Positions 1 through 9,140 of a stretch of 35,047 nt of DNA are shown one piece after another. A program made the translations under genes and the position numbers. The notes below the pieces were generated by a model, which was not told the origin of the DNA, made no database searches, and saw nothing but the letters and a program-made list of their open reading frames with translations. The DNA is taken from positions 1-35,047 of the forward strand of contig BTVV01000060.1 of assembly GCA_045863855.1 (NCBI GenBank), given 5' to 3'. Every line of letters starts with the position of its first letter. The first letter of the stretch is position 1. Source of the stretch: Planctomycetota bacterium. GTDB lineage: Bacteria; Planctomycetota; SZUA-567; H5-PLA8.

Positions 1-68
1 CCCCTTTCTGCGACCAAGCTAGCGAGTTTCTCTCGCTAAACCTGGATCAGTTTTTGGGGGGCAGGTCA
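1..68 (-). mobile_element. Probable terminal inverted repeat (likely left end) of an IS3-family insertion sequence, truncated by the window edge
   Basis: Minus strand from 68 reads TGACCTGCCCCCCAAAAACTGATCCAGGTTT, resembling the TGACCTGCCCC.. ends of IS407-group IS3 elements. It is followed by a 7-bp hairpin (20-38) and purine-rich AGAAAGGGG at the edge. No transposase is visible. Confidence 0.5.
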
Positions 69-144
69 ATTCGGTAATCCGTAACCCAGACCCCGCAGAC
101 CTCGCCGCCTTGCCCGCGCCGTCGTGCCCAGACGTTTCCGTTGG

Positions 145-432
145 CTACGGCTGCCGTACAGGCTTCAGCGCCGCCTTATCCAACTCGCCCAACCCTTCAA
201 AGCGCAGGACCGAAGGGTCGTATCCGGTGCAGCGGCACTCGCCGGTACGACCGTCGCTCAGGTGCAGCCGGCACGTACCCACGGCCCCGCGTTTGGCCAT
301 CGGTTGGGCGTCTACGGGCAGCGCGAAGAGCCAGGATCCGTGGGTCTTGTAATCGAAGGTGCACAGGTCGATGCGGTCGGAGCAGTAGCGCGTACCGCAC
401 TCGAACTGAACGTGTCCGCTTACGCTCGGCAT
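145..432 (-). CDS. Small hypothetical protein (95 aa, Cys-containing, beta-strand-like)
   Basis: Internal ATG at 432 of ORF 145..510 is preceded by GGAGG (437-441 on minus). Sequence MPSVSGHVQFECG...LRFEGLGEL looks protein-like; no family recognised. Confidence 0.5.
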   Translation of the reverse strand: MPSVSGHVQFECGTRYCSDRIDLCTFDYKTHGSWLFALPVDAQPMAKRGAVGTCRLHLSDGRTGECRCTGYDPSVLRFEGLGELDKAALKPVRQP

Positions 433-818
433 GGCGCCTCCATGATTCGTGTCCATACGACGCCGGAACGAAGGTTCCCGCCCGTCCACTTCGAAAAGGC
501 TCACGTCCACCGGCAGGTGTTACCGCCTGCTGACTCGCAGGCGGTCATTCACCGCCTTCTTTCTCCCAAGCTTCGAAGGTTTCGTTACCTCCACCGCCGC
601 TGGGATAGCTACCCGGTGGGACGACCTTTGCCGGGGCGGGTCTCGCACCCGCTGGAACCTTCCGCCTTATCACGGCGCACTTGGGCCGATACAACTGCCA
701 GAGTATGCTGCAATACGAGACATTGGATTCTAGCCGAAAGTTGTCACATGCCCTCCGGCCTCAATTCTTAACTGCCACAGAAATGAGACCTTATAAGAAA
801 TCTGAAAAATAATGCCTA

Positions 819-834
819 TGGCACCCTACTTGTT
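819..834 (+). promoter_or_regulatory. Possible non-canonical sigma54 -24/-12 promoter (GG-N10-GT)
   Basis: TGGCAC-CCTAC-TTGTT in the AT-rich region upstream of the bEBP gene; the -12 GC is replaced by GT. Confidence 0.4.
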
Positions 835-905
835 GTGCTGAGTTTGAATAATACAAAGTGGTAATCACTCGTACGCCTGGAAGAAGACAGAAACGGGGGA
901 AGGAC

Positions 906-2303
906 ATGGGAGCTCGTGTCTTAATTATCGATGACGATCCAATTGTACGCCACACGCTCTCGGGCATGGTCCAGGCCTTGAAACATGAACCGATAGGCGC
1001 GGCTTCTGGCGAGGAAGGTATCGCGCAGGTGAAGGCGCAGCGCCCGGATTTGTTGTTGTTGGACTTAAACCTTCCCAATGTCGACGGCTTGGACGTGCTG
1101 CGCGCGGTGAAGGGCGAGATCCCTTCGCTGCCGGTGATCTTCTTCAGCGGATCGCTTTCGATTCAGGATACGGTCGAGGCGATGCGCTTGGGCGCGTTTC
1201 ATTGCATGGCCAAGCCTTTCACGCTTAAGGATTTGGAGCGCGCGGTCAATCAGGCGCTGAGCAAGACGCTGGTGATCAAGGAGATCCGTTGCGAGGGCCA
1301 TCCGGAGATCGGCATGGTGGTGGCCAGCGATTCGATGCGCCGGGTTTCGGAGCTGATCGCGCGCATTTCGAAGAGCCCTGCGGCGACGGTGCTGCTGATG
1401 GGCGAAACGGGAACCGGTAAGGAAGTGGTCGCGCGGTACTTACACAATTTAAGCGAGCGCAAGGACGGCGCTTTTGTTGCGGTGAATTGCGCGGCGATCC
1501 CGGAGACGCTGATCGAGAGCGAGCTGTTTGGGCACGAGCGCGGGGCGTTTACGGATGCCAAAGCGCCCAAAAAAGGCCTCTTCGAGGAAGCGCACGAGGG
1601 CACCATCTTCCTGGACGAGATCGGCGAGCTGCCGCTCGGCATGCAAGCCAAGCTGCTGCGCGTGTTGCAGGAACGCGTAGTGCGCCGCGTAGGCGGATCG
1701 AAGGATTTCAACGTCGATGTGCGCGTGATCGCCGCGACGAACGTGGACCTGAAAGAGGCTTCGGCCGATGGCCGGTTCCGCGAGGATCTCTATTACCGCT
1801 TGAATGTCATACCCTTACAGATTCCTCCGTTGCGCGATCGCAAGGAAGATATCGTTCCGCTGGTGGAGCATTTCTTACAGCGATTCGCCAAGGAATTGGG
1901 GCGCGCGGTGCGCCCGTTGGCCGAACGCGAAAAAGCCGATCTGCTGGCGTATCACTGGCCGGGCAATGTTCGCGAGTTGCGTAACTGCGTGGAGCGCGCG
2001 GTCTTGCTGGATTTGGACCGGATTCTAGGCGATACGCCGGGGATGATTACCAGTTCGACGCCGACCCCTTCTCGAATTGAGAAGCCGGTGCCGGAGTATT
2101 CCCTGCCGGTCGCGGACTTCGCGGTGGCTCTGGAAGATCCCAACTTGGCCGCCGCGGAGCGGACGCTGATCATGAAGGTCATGCAGCAAGTTCACGGCAA
2201 TAAGAATCAAGCCGCCGCGCTGCTGGGGATCAACCGCACGACGCTGTACCGAAAGCTCTCCAGCTACGGGCTTGAGGTGGGCTCCGTAAACGGGATTTCG
2301 TAG
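906..2303 (+). CDS. Sigma54-dependent response regulator (REC-AAA+-Fis HTH), candidate flagellar master regulator
   Basis: REC (IIDDD, LLLDLNLP, KP), Walker A GETGTGKE, ESELFGHERGAFTDA, Walker B FLDEIGE, WPGNVREL, HTH GNKNQAAALLGINRTTLYRKL. ATG 906 follows GGGGGAAGGA. Confidence 0.93.
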   Translation: MGARVLIIDDDPIVRHTLSGMVQALKHEPIGAASGEEGIAQVKAQRPDLLLLDLNLPNVDGLDVLRAVKGEIPSLPVIFFSGSLSIQDTVEAMRLGAFHCMAKPFTLKDLERAVNQALSKTLVIKEIRCEGHPEIGMVVASDSMRRVSELIARISKSPAATVLLMGETGTGKEVVARYLHNLSERKDGAFVAVNCAAIPETLIESELFGHERGAFTDAKAPKKGLFEEAHEGTIFLDEIGELPLGMQAKLLRVLQERVVRRVGGSKDFNVDVRVIAATNVDLKEASADGRFREDLYYRLNVIPLQIPPLRDRKEDIVPLVEHFLQRFAKELGRAVRPLAEREKADLLAYHWPGNVRELRNCVERAVLLDLDRILGDTPGMITSSTPTPSRIEKPVPEYSLPVADFAVALEDPNLAAAERTLIMKVMQQVHGNKNQAAALLGINRTTLYRKLSSYGLEVGSVNGIS

Positions 2304-2573
2304 ATCCCGCGGGTTCGCACGTCCAACCACGCGCCGTTCGCTACGCTTCTTCCTCTCTACCATTAGATGATCTCCGGTTCGTCGGAGGCGCTCCGCGCCT
2401 TGGGCCGAACCGGAGTTCATTCGCGTGTTACAGATCGCCACCGGCGCTGTGGTGAGCTGCAACTTCGCGCCCCGAACCAGGCTGTTTCGGGCGCTGGCGG
2501 CACTTTTGTAACCGGAATCGCCTCAATAACTTCTGCGCCTCACACGGAGCCTTCCAGAAGTCTTTTCAGGTTC

Positions 2574-2589
2574 TGGTCCGGTCCTTGCA
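2574..2589 (+). promoter_or_regulatory. Sigma54 -24/-12 promoter for the TPR-TPR-kinase-regulator unit
   Basis: TGGTCCGGTCCTTGCA = GG-N10-GC with TTGCA, 50 nt before ATG 2639. Confidence 0.7.
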
Positions 2590-2638
2590 CTCTAGCCTTC
2601 GCGATGGTTTCAGTCCAAGAATCGGGACGGGTGCGGCT

Positions 2639-3646
2639 ATGGCCGGAATGGTCAAACAGGATCTGATCAGCATCCTCGGCGGCGGGTTGGCGCTGAGCGC
2701 GCTGATTTTCGGAGCGGGGCTGTTCCTGCTGGGTTCAAGTTCGACTCCGCATGCGGATGCGCATGGGCACGAGGCGGAAGCGAAGTCGGGCGAAGCGACC
2801 GAGCACGCGAAGTCGTCCGATGCATCGAGTCATGCCGAAGAAGAGCATGCCGAGGCTCACGGCGAGGCGCATGCCGACGCGCACGGTGAACCCGGCAAGA
2901 GCGAGCACACCGCGGAGCCAGCGCACGGAAAGGCGGCGGAGTCGCCGCACGCCGCGCCGGACGTGGCGCCGACCGGCGGGGTGCTGGATGCGATCGAAGC
3001 GGGCGAGTCGGCTCTGGCGCGCGGACGGCCCGACCAGGCGCTGACGCATTTGCAGCGCGCGATGAAGATGACGCATCCCGAACCGCCGTCGCCGCGCTTG
3101 CTGCTCTCGTTCGCGCGGGCGACGCTGGCATCCGACCTGCTCCCAACCCAGAAACGCAACGAGGCGGCGCTGGCGCAATATGCGCGGCTGCTGGCGGAGC
3201 ACCCGCACGCGCCGCAGCGCCACGAAGCTCAATACGGGATGGCGCGCTGCTATCTGGCGCTGGGCAAGATGAACGAAGCGATGGAAGTACTGGGCGAATA
3301 CGAGCGGCAGTTCCCGGACGGTCCGCAAGCTTTGGATGCGAAGCTGACGCGGGCGGAAATCCTGCTGGCGAAGAACACGCCCATGGAAGCCTTGAAGCTG
3401 CTGACGGCGCTGCGCCCGGAGAAGTTGACCCAGGTTCAGCACGGCCAGATCGAACTGCTGCGCGCCAACGCGCACCTGAAGCTGGCGCATTCGGGGCGCA
3501 CGCCGGAGCCCGCGCCCGAAGAGTACGAAGAGACGCCCCGCGGCGAACCCATGACGCTGACGCCGCCGCCCGTGGTGGGCGTAACGCCGAAAAAAGAAGA
3601 GGCGCCGAAGGCCGAGAGCCAATCGCCGCACGGAGGAGGCCACTGA
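2639..3646 (+). CDS. Membrane-anchored TPR protein with His/Ala/Glu-rich linker
   Basis: N-terminal hydrophobic helix (ISILGGGLALSALIFGAGLFLLG), His-rich low-complexity stretch, then TPR-like repeats (EAQYGMARCYLALGKMNEAMEVL, YERQFPDGP). The TTG at 2585 lies inside the promoter, so ATG 2639 (or 2648) is preferred. Confidence 0.8.
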   Translation: MAGMVKQDLISILGGGLALSALIFGAGLFLLGSSSTPHADAHGHEAEAKSGEATEHAKSSDASSHAEEEHAEAHGEAHADAHGEPGKSEHTAEPAHGKAAESPHAAPDVAPTGGVLDAIEAGESALARGRPDQALTHLQRAMKMTHPEPPSPRLLLSFARATLASDLLPTQKRNEAALAQYARLLAEHPHAPQRHEAQYGMARCYLALGKMNEAMEVLGEYERQFPDGPQALDAKLTRAEILLAKNTPMEALKLLTALRPEKLTQVQHGQIELLRANAHLKLAHSGRTPEPAPEEYEETPRGEPMTLTPPPVVGVTPKKEEAPKAESQSPHGGGH

Positions 3647-5922
3647 TGGGTGGCGCATGGAAGCGACCGCACCTGTTCTGGACGATCGCGCTGGCGGGTT
3701 TGGCGCTGCCGGGCTGCTCGCGCTTTAAAGAGCGGACGGTGGAACTGATGCAGCAGTCGGGCATCCAGGAACGCGACGACCGCAACGCGATGCTCAACTC
3801 CGAGCGCCCGTTGCCGCCGCCGCGCGACACGCTGCCGCCGATCGCTACGTTTGCCGCGCCGGCCGGCCCGGTGGATACGGGTGCCGACGTGGAGACCGAC
3901 GCCTTGCCGGCGCTGGTGGTGCAACTGGCCGAGAAGCAGGACGCGTTGGCGAGCGAACAGAAGAAACTTCGCACGGACCTGACGAAGCGCGGCGATACGC
4001 TGGCCCAGCAAGCCAAGGAGCAGAAAGACGCTTCAGCCGAACAGATCAAAGCGCTGGATGCCAAGATCGATCAGCGCGTGAAGGGCCTGGAAGATCGGGT
4101 GACCAAGCTGGAGGAACGGCCGTCGCCGCCTGTAGCGCCCAACGCGGTTCCGCAGGTTTCCGTAACGCCGCCCGACCCGGTGAAGTTGCCCGAGACGCAG
4201 GTCTCGCTGCCCCCGGTGAAGCTGCCTGCCGCGCCCGAGCCCGAAGCGCAGCCCGAAGTCGCACAGGCGGCGCCCGAACCGGCCCCGGCTCCGCAGCCGC
4301 CCGCGTTGCGTTCGGCCGATTCGTATCCGCCGCGGCGCCCCCCGGAACGCGCGGCGCGCAAGCCCGAAGTTTTCTCGGCCGAAGCGCAGCGGCATCGCGC
4401 CGAAGCACGCTCGGCGCTCGAGCGCATCGCGGAAGAACTGCCCGATTCGAATGCCGCCGTCGAGGCGCTTCAGAAGCTCTCCCAGCTCGACCTGGAAGAC
4501 GCTCAGGTGACCGTGGCGCGGCAGCGCTTGGAAAAGGTTCTGGAACGCCCGCTGCCTGCGGCCCGCAGCGCTCCGTTGCATGCGCAGGCGGCCGAGTTGT
4601 GCGAAGAACTGGGTGATTACGACGCGGCGCGAAGGCACTGGCTGGAGTTCGTAGACCGCCTGCCCAACGACCGGCGCGTGCCGGATGCGCTGCTGGCGGT
4701 GGCCGGCGATCTGGAAGCGGTGGGCCGCCACGAAGAAGCGTTCGCACACTACCAGGATATCTCGCGGCGCTACGAGACGATGGACACGGGCATGGAGGCG
4801 CGGCGGCGCAAGGCCGACCTGCTCTTCTACCTGGAACGCTACGAGCGCGCGGCAGAAGACTATCTGAGCCTGGCCGAGAAACTGGTGCCGGGCCGCGACG
4901 ACTTCCAGTACGGACTGCTGCAGGCGACGCATTGCATGCTGAAACTCGACCGGGCGTTGGATGCGCGCAAGCACCTGGACAAGCTGCTCTCGAACCATCC
5001 GACGGAAGACGTGGCGGGCGAAGCGATGTGGCTGTTCGCGCAGACGTACGACCGCGAACGGCGCTACCTGGACGCGGCGCGCGCGTTCATGCAGGCGGCC
5101 GACCGCTTCCCGCGGCATCCCCGCGAACCTGAAGAGCGCGAAGAAGCGGCGCGGCGTTTCGCTTCGCTGGGCCTGCATCAGCGGGCGGTGGAGCAATACG
5201 GCGAATCGCTGCAAGGCGTGGCACGCAAAGACGCGGCCGGCCGCGCGCAGGCCGAACCGCGCGTGCGTCTGGGCCTGATCCGCTCGCTGCGCGCGCTGGG
5301 CAAAGGCGAAGACGCGAGGCGCGAGATCGAGACCCTCAAGAGTGCCTGGCCGAACGATCCGGTCACGGCCCAACTGGCGCTGGAGGAAGTGGAACTGCTG
5401 GTAGCCAAGGGCCAGACGGACGCGGCGCGGAGCGAGTTGGAGAAGATCGTGGACCGCACGCCGGGCTCGCCGCTGGCGCTGCGCGCGCTGATCCGCAAGG
5501 CGGAACTGGAAGAACGCTTCCTGCTTTCGAAGGACGCGGCGGAGACGTACGCACGGCTGGACGGGCGGATCACCGAAGCGGAGACGGCGGCGGCGTTCGA
5601 GTTCCGGCGGGCGGTCTTCCTGATGAACGAAGGACGCGACGCGGAAGCACTGCCGATCCTGGATGCGCTGCGCGACCAGGAGCAGGTTCCGGCGCGCTAC
5701 CGGATGCTGGCTTCGTTTCAGCGCGGGATGGCGCTGGAGCGGATGGGCAACTTCCCCGAAGCGACAAAAGCGTATCAGGCGGCGCTGAAGACGGGCGAGT
5801 CGCGCCCCGAAGCGTTTACGGACAAGGACGAACTGCTCAAGGCGTCGCGCTGGAAACTGGAAAAGCTGGAGTGGCTTCAACGGGTGAGCCAGGCTCCGGC
5901 GAACGCCGCGGCGCCGCGCTAG
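3646..5922 (+). CDS. Large TPR-repeat lipoprotein with coiled coil and Pro-rich linker
   Basis: Signal peptide with lipobox LPG-C24, coiled coil (IKALDAKIDQRVKGLEDRVTKLEE), PAPEP-rich spacer, many TPR-like units with 'FP/LP/WP' turns. RBS GGAGGAGG and TGATG overlap with the upstream gene. Confidence 0.85.
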   Translation: MGGAWKRPHLFWTIALAGLALPGCSRFKERTVELMQQSGIQERDDRNAMLNSERPLPPPRDTLPPIATFAAPAGPVDTGADVETDALPALVVQLAEKQDALASEQKKLRTDLTKRGDTLAQQAKEQKDASAEQIKALDAKIDQRVKGLEDRVTKLEERPSPPVAPNAVPQVSVTPPDPVKLPETQVSLPPVKLPAAPEPEAQPEVAQAAPEPAPAPQPPALRSADSYPPRRPPERAARKPEVFSAEAQRHRAEARSALERIAEELPDSNAAVEALQKLSQLDLEDAQVTVARQRLEKVLERPLPAARSAPLHAQAAELCEELGDYDAARRHWLEFVDRLPNDRRVPDALLAVAGDLEAVGRHEEAFAHYQDISRRYETMDTGMEARRRKADLLFYLERYERAAEDYLSLAEKLVPGRDDFQYGLLQATHCMLKLDRALDARKHLDKLLSNHPTEDVAGEAMWLFAQTYDRERRYLDAARAFMQAADRFPRHPREPEEREEAARRFASLGLHQRAVEQYGESLQGVARKDAAGRAQAEPRVRLGLIRSLRALGKGEDARREIETLKSAWPNDPVTAQLALEEVELLVAKGQTDAARSELEKIVDRTPGSPLALRALIRKAELEERFLLSKDAAETYARLDGRITEAETAAAFEFRRAVFLMNEGRDAEALPILDALRDQEQVPARYRMLASFQRGMALERMGNFPEATKAYQAALKTGESRPEAFTDKDELLKASRWKLEKLEWLQRVSQAPANAAAPR

Positions 5923-5938
5923 AGAACCGGGACCCCTA

Positions 5939-7228
5939 ATGAGCATCGGATTGAGCGACCTGACCGCACGCCACCCGGGCCTCCCCACGGAGCCCGCGCA
6001 TGCCGGCGTGCCGCGGCAGGTGCAGCGCTTCTTCGACGCGACGGACCGTGCGCAGCGCGCCTTCGATGCGCTTTCGTCCCGCGTGGACGAACTGAAGAAC
6101 CAGTTGGACGAAGCGAACCGGCGCTTGCAGGAAAAAGTGAACGAGCTGGACCGGCTCTCGGCGCATCAGCGCGCGCTGCTGGACGGGCTGGCCGACGGCG
6201 TGGTGGCGGTGGACGCGGAGCGGACGATTCGCTTCATCAACCCGGCGGCGGAACGGCTGCTGGGCGTGCGTTCGGGCGACCTACTGGGGCGGAGCCTGGC
6301 GCAGACGGCGCTGAATGCGAAGAGCCTGGAAGCGAAGATCGCTCAAGCGGCGGACGCGGGCCCGGTGCGGCTGAGCCTGGCGCTGGCGCGCGGAAGCGCG
6401 GCGCGCTTTCCGGCGGCGCTGGGTGTGGCGCCGGTGACCGACGCACGGGGGACGACGATCGGCGTGGTGCTGGTGATCCAGGACCTGACCGAACTGGCGA
6501 CGCTGCAGGCGCGGGCGCAACGCAACGAAGATCTGGCCGAGATTGGCCGGCTGGCGGCGGTGGTGGCGCACGAGGTCCGCAACCCGCTGGGCGGGATCGA
6601 GGGCTTCGCGAACCTGCTGCGCGAGGACCTGAAGGGCCAGCCGCGCTCGCAGAAGTACGCGCAGCATATCGTCGAAGGCGTGAGCGACCTGAACCGGATC
6701 GTGGACAACCTGCTGCATTTCGCGCGGCAGCCCAAGTTGCACCTGGAATCGCTTTCGCTGAAGCAGTTGTTGCCCGAGCTGATCGAACTGGCGCGCGCGG
6801 ACGCGCAAGGGCGGCGGCAGATCGTGCGCTTTCGCTTCGACGCCGCGACGGACGGCATCCTGAGCGCCGACCGCGGAATGCTGCGGCAGGTGTTCCTGAA
6901 CCTGCTGCGCAACGCGGTGGAAGCGGTGGAGCCGCAGGGCGCGGGCGACGTGAACGTGCGGCTTGCGCGCGCGAGCCTTGACGATGCCGCAGCGGTGGCA
7001 GTGGAGATCCACGATTCGGGTCCGGGTCTGTCCGAAGAAGTGCGCGGGCAGCTCTTCCAGCCCTTCGTCACGAACAAACCCAAAGGCACGGGTCTGGGTC
7101 TTTCGACGGTGAAAAAAATCGTCACGGCGCACGGCGGCCAGATCGCCTGCGTGCCGGACGCCGCGGCGGGTGCGTGTTTCCGCGTCATCCTGCCGCTGAA
7201 CCCGATAAGCGCAAACGAGGAGAACTGA
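5939..7228 (+). CDS. Cytoplasmic PAS histidine kinase (FleS/FlrB/FlgS-like)
   Basis: N-terminal coiled coil, PAS (DGVVAVD..INPAAERLLG), H-box AHEVRNPL, N-box NLLRNAVEA, G1 DSGPG, F/G2 FQPFVTNKPKGTGLGL. No TM segment. Confidence 0.92.
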   Translation: MSIGLSDLTARHPGLPTEPAHAGVPRQVQRFFDATDRAQRAFDALSSRVDELKNQLDEANRRLQEKVNELDRLSAHQRALLDGLADGVVAVDAERTIRFINPAAERLLGVRSGDLLGRSLAQTALNAKSLEAKIAQAADAGPVRLSLALARGSAARFPAALGVAPVTDARGTTIGVVLVIQDLTELATLQARAQRNEDLAEIGRLAAVVAHEVRNPLGGIEGFANLLREDLKGQPRSQKYAQHIVEGVSDLNRIVDNLLHFARQPKLHLESLSLKQLLPELIELARADAQGRRQIVRFRFDAATDGILSADRGMLRQVFLNLLRNAVEAVEPQGAGDVNVRLARASLDDAAAVAVEIHDSGPGLSEEVRGQLFQPFVTNKPKGTGLGLSTVKKIVTAHGGQIACVPDAAAGACFRVILPLNPISANEEN

Positions 7229-7229
7229 G

Positions 7230-8660
7230 ATGCAGATCGAACGCGTGCTGGTGATCGACGACGAACTGTTGATGCGCGAATTCCTCTCGGAATCGCTGCA
7301 GCGCCTGGGCTGCGAGGTAACCACGGCGCCGAACGGCGCCGACGGCGTGGCGCGCCTGCTGGAAGGCGCCGGCTTCGATCTGGTGCTGACGGACCTGCGC
7401 ATGGACGGCATGAGCGGCCTGGAGGTGCTGGCGGCGGTGCGCGAGAAGTCCCCGCGATCGCTGGTGGCGGTGATCACGGCGCACGCGGAGATGGATACGG
7501 TCGCAGAAGCGCTGAACGGAGGCGCGTTCGACTACCTGACCAAACCGCTTTCGCCGAGCCAGGTGCAGGTGCTGCTGGCGAAGGCCGCGCAGCATCGCAC
7601 GCTGGTGGAAGAGAACACGTTCTACCGCGAAGCCTCGGCACGCGCGGACGACGGCTTCGACGATCTGGTTGGCCGCAGCGATCCGATGCGCGAGGTGCTG
7701 AAAGTCGTCTCGAAGGTCGCGCCCAGCAGCGCCACGGTGCTGGTGACGGGCGAGAGCGGGACGGGCAAGGAGCTTATCGCGCGGGCGATCCACCGCCGTT
7801 CGGACCGCGCTTCGCGTCCGTTCATCCGGGTGAACTGCGCGGCGCTGCCGGAGACGCTGCTGGAGAGCGAACTGTTCGGGCACGAGCGCGGGGCGTTCAC
7901 GGGGGCGCTGGAGCGCCGGGCGGGACGCTTCGAGTTGGCGCACACCGGAACGCTGCTGCTGGACGAGATCAGCGAGACGTCTTTGGCGCTTCAGAGCAAG
8001 CTGCTGCGGGTGTTGCAAGAACGCGAGTTCGAGCGCGTGGGCGGGAACAAGACGCTGCAGGTGGATGTGCGCGTGATCTGCACGTCGAACCGGGATCTGA
8101 AGCAAGCGGTGAAGGAAGGCCGCTTCCGCGAAGACCTGTACTACCGCCTGAACGTGGTGCCGATCGAACTTCCAGCGCTGCGCTCACGCGACCAGGATGT
8201 GCTGCTGCTGAGCGAATACTTCGCGCGGCGCTTCACGGCCCGGCACAACAAGAAGGCGCTGACTTTCACCGAAGACGGTCGCGCCGCGCTGCTGCAATAC
8301 CGCTGGCCGGGCAACGTGCGCGAATTGGAGAACACGATCGAACGCGCGGTGCTGCTGGGCGAAGGGACGGCCTTGAACGCTCAGGTGCTCAATCTGCCCG
8401 CCGTGGAAACGGCGGCCGAAGCCACGCCGGGGCAGGAGCCGGCGGAGATCGGTCTGGCGGCGGAAATCTCGGGGCTCACCTCGCTGGCCGAGATCGAACG
8501 CCGGGTAATCATCGAGACCATGCGCGTCATGAACGGGAACCGCACGAAAGCGGCGATCCGGCTGGGCATTAGCGTGCGAACGCTTTACTCGAAGCTGCGC
8601 GAGTACGAAGCGATGGGCCGGATCGAGCAGCGGCAGAATTCGCTGGCCGAGGTGGGTTGA
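7230..8660 (+). CDS. Sigma54-dependent response regulator (FleR/FlrC/FlgR-like)
   Basis: REC (VIDDE, LTDLRM, ITA, YLTKP), GESGTGKE, GAFTGA, LLDEISE, WPGNVREL, HTH GNRTKAAIRLGISVRTL. Lies directly between the kinase and flgB. Confidence 0.93.
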   Translation: MQIERVLVIDDELLMREFLSESLQRLGCEVTTAPNGADGVARLLEGAGFDLVLTDLRMDGMSGLEVLAAVREKSPRSLVAVITAHAEMDTVAEALNGGAFDYLTKPLSPSQVQVLLAKAAQHRTLVEENTFYREASARADDGFDDLVGRSDPMREVLKVVSKVAPSSATVLVTGESGTGKELIARAIHRRSDRASRPFIRVNCAALPETLLESELFGHERGAFTGALERRAGRFELAHTGTLLLDEISETSLALQSKLLRVLQEREFERVGGNKTLQVDVRVICTSNRDLKQAVKEGRFREDLYYRLNVVPIELPALRSRDQDVLLLSEYFARRFTARHNKKALTFTEDGRAALLQYRWPGNVRELENTIERAVLLGEGTALNAQVLNLPAVETAAEATPGQEPAEIGLAAEISGLTSLAEIERRVIIETMRVMNGNRTKAAIRLGISVRTLYSKLREYEAMGRIEQRQNSLAEVG

Positions 8661-8676
8661 GTCGGCATTTTCTGCC
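8631..8676. promoter_or_regulatory. Tandem GGCA-N5-YGCY palindromes, candidate bEBP binding sites upstream of the flgB promoter
   Basis: GGCA-GAATT-CGCT (8632-8644) and GGCA-TTTTC-TGCC (8664-8676), 32 bp apart. The same motif recurs near other sigma54 boxes. Confidence 0.55.
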
Positions 8677-8707
8677 TGAATGGCGGCTGGGGAAGCGGAC
8701 TTAGGGT

Positions 8708-8723
8708 TGGCCTGACGGTTGCT
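8708..8723 (+). promoter_or_regulatory. Sigma54 -24/-12 promoter of the flgB operon
   Basis: TGGCCTGACGGTTGCT = GG-N10-GC with TTGCT, about 43 nt before flgB ATG. Confidence 0.82.
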
Positions 8724-8766
8724 GTAGAGACTTCCGGCCGAAGTGGGTGGCCGGTGGAGCCTAGCG

Positions 8767-9126
8767 ATGGCAAGCACAGGTTCGCTTGAGATTCTGCAGA
8801 AGTCACTGGACCTGACGGCCCGGCGGCACCGGGTGCTGGCGCACAACCTGGCCAACGTGAGCACCCCCGGCTACCGGCGGCAGGATCTGAACTTCGAGGC
8901 GGCGTTTCGGGAAGCGGTCAGCCTGGGACCCGAAGCGGTAGAGCAGTTCGAGCCGGTGGTGACGATCGACGACTCGGCGCCGGTTCGCGCGGACGGCAAC
9001 AGCGTCTCGCTGGACCAGGAACTGGCCGAGATGAGCAAGAACTCGATGGCCTTCCAGATGGCGATGCAAATGCTGAACACGCGGCTCTCGATCGAAAAGA
9101 TGGCGATCTCGGGCCGGTCGATGTAA
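8767..9126 (+). CDS. flgB: Flagellar proximal rod protein FlgB
   Basis: RHRVLAHNLANVSTPGYRRQDLNF and RADGNSVSLDQE motifs; ATG after GGTGGAG. Confidence 0.95.
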   Translation: MASTGSLEILQKSLDLTARRHRVLAHNLANVSTPGYRRQDLNFEAAFREAVSLGPEAVEQFEPVVTIDDSAPVRADGNSVSLDQELAEMSKNSMAFQMAMQMLNTRLSIEKMAISGRSM

Positions 9127-9140
9127 GGGGGCTTTGAACC

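Noticed and set aside
666..692. Sigma28 promoter (GCCGATAC at 685-692)
   Set aside because: No TAAA -35 element at 15-nt spacing.
124..771. 215-aa plus-strand ORF and overlapping short ORFs
   Set aside because: No SD or family signal; the minus-strand ORF 145..432 has a better RBS and composition.
3600..3700. Frameshift splitting one large TPR gene
   Set aside because: The second ORF has its own GGAGGAGG SD, TGATG coupling and a complete lipoprotein signal.
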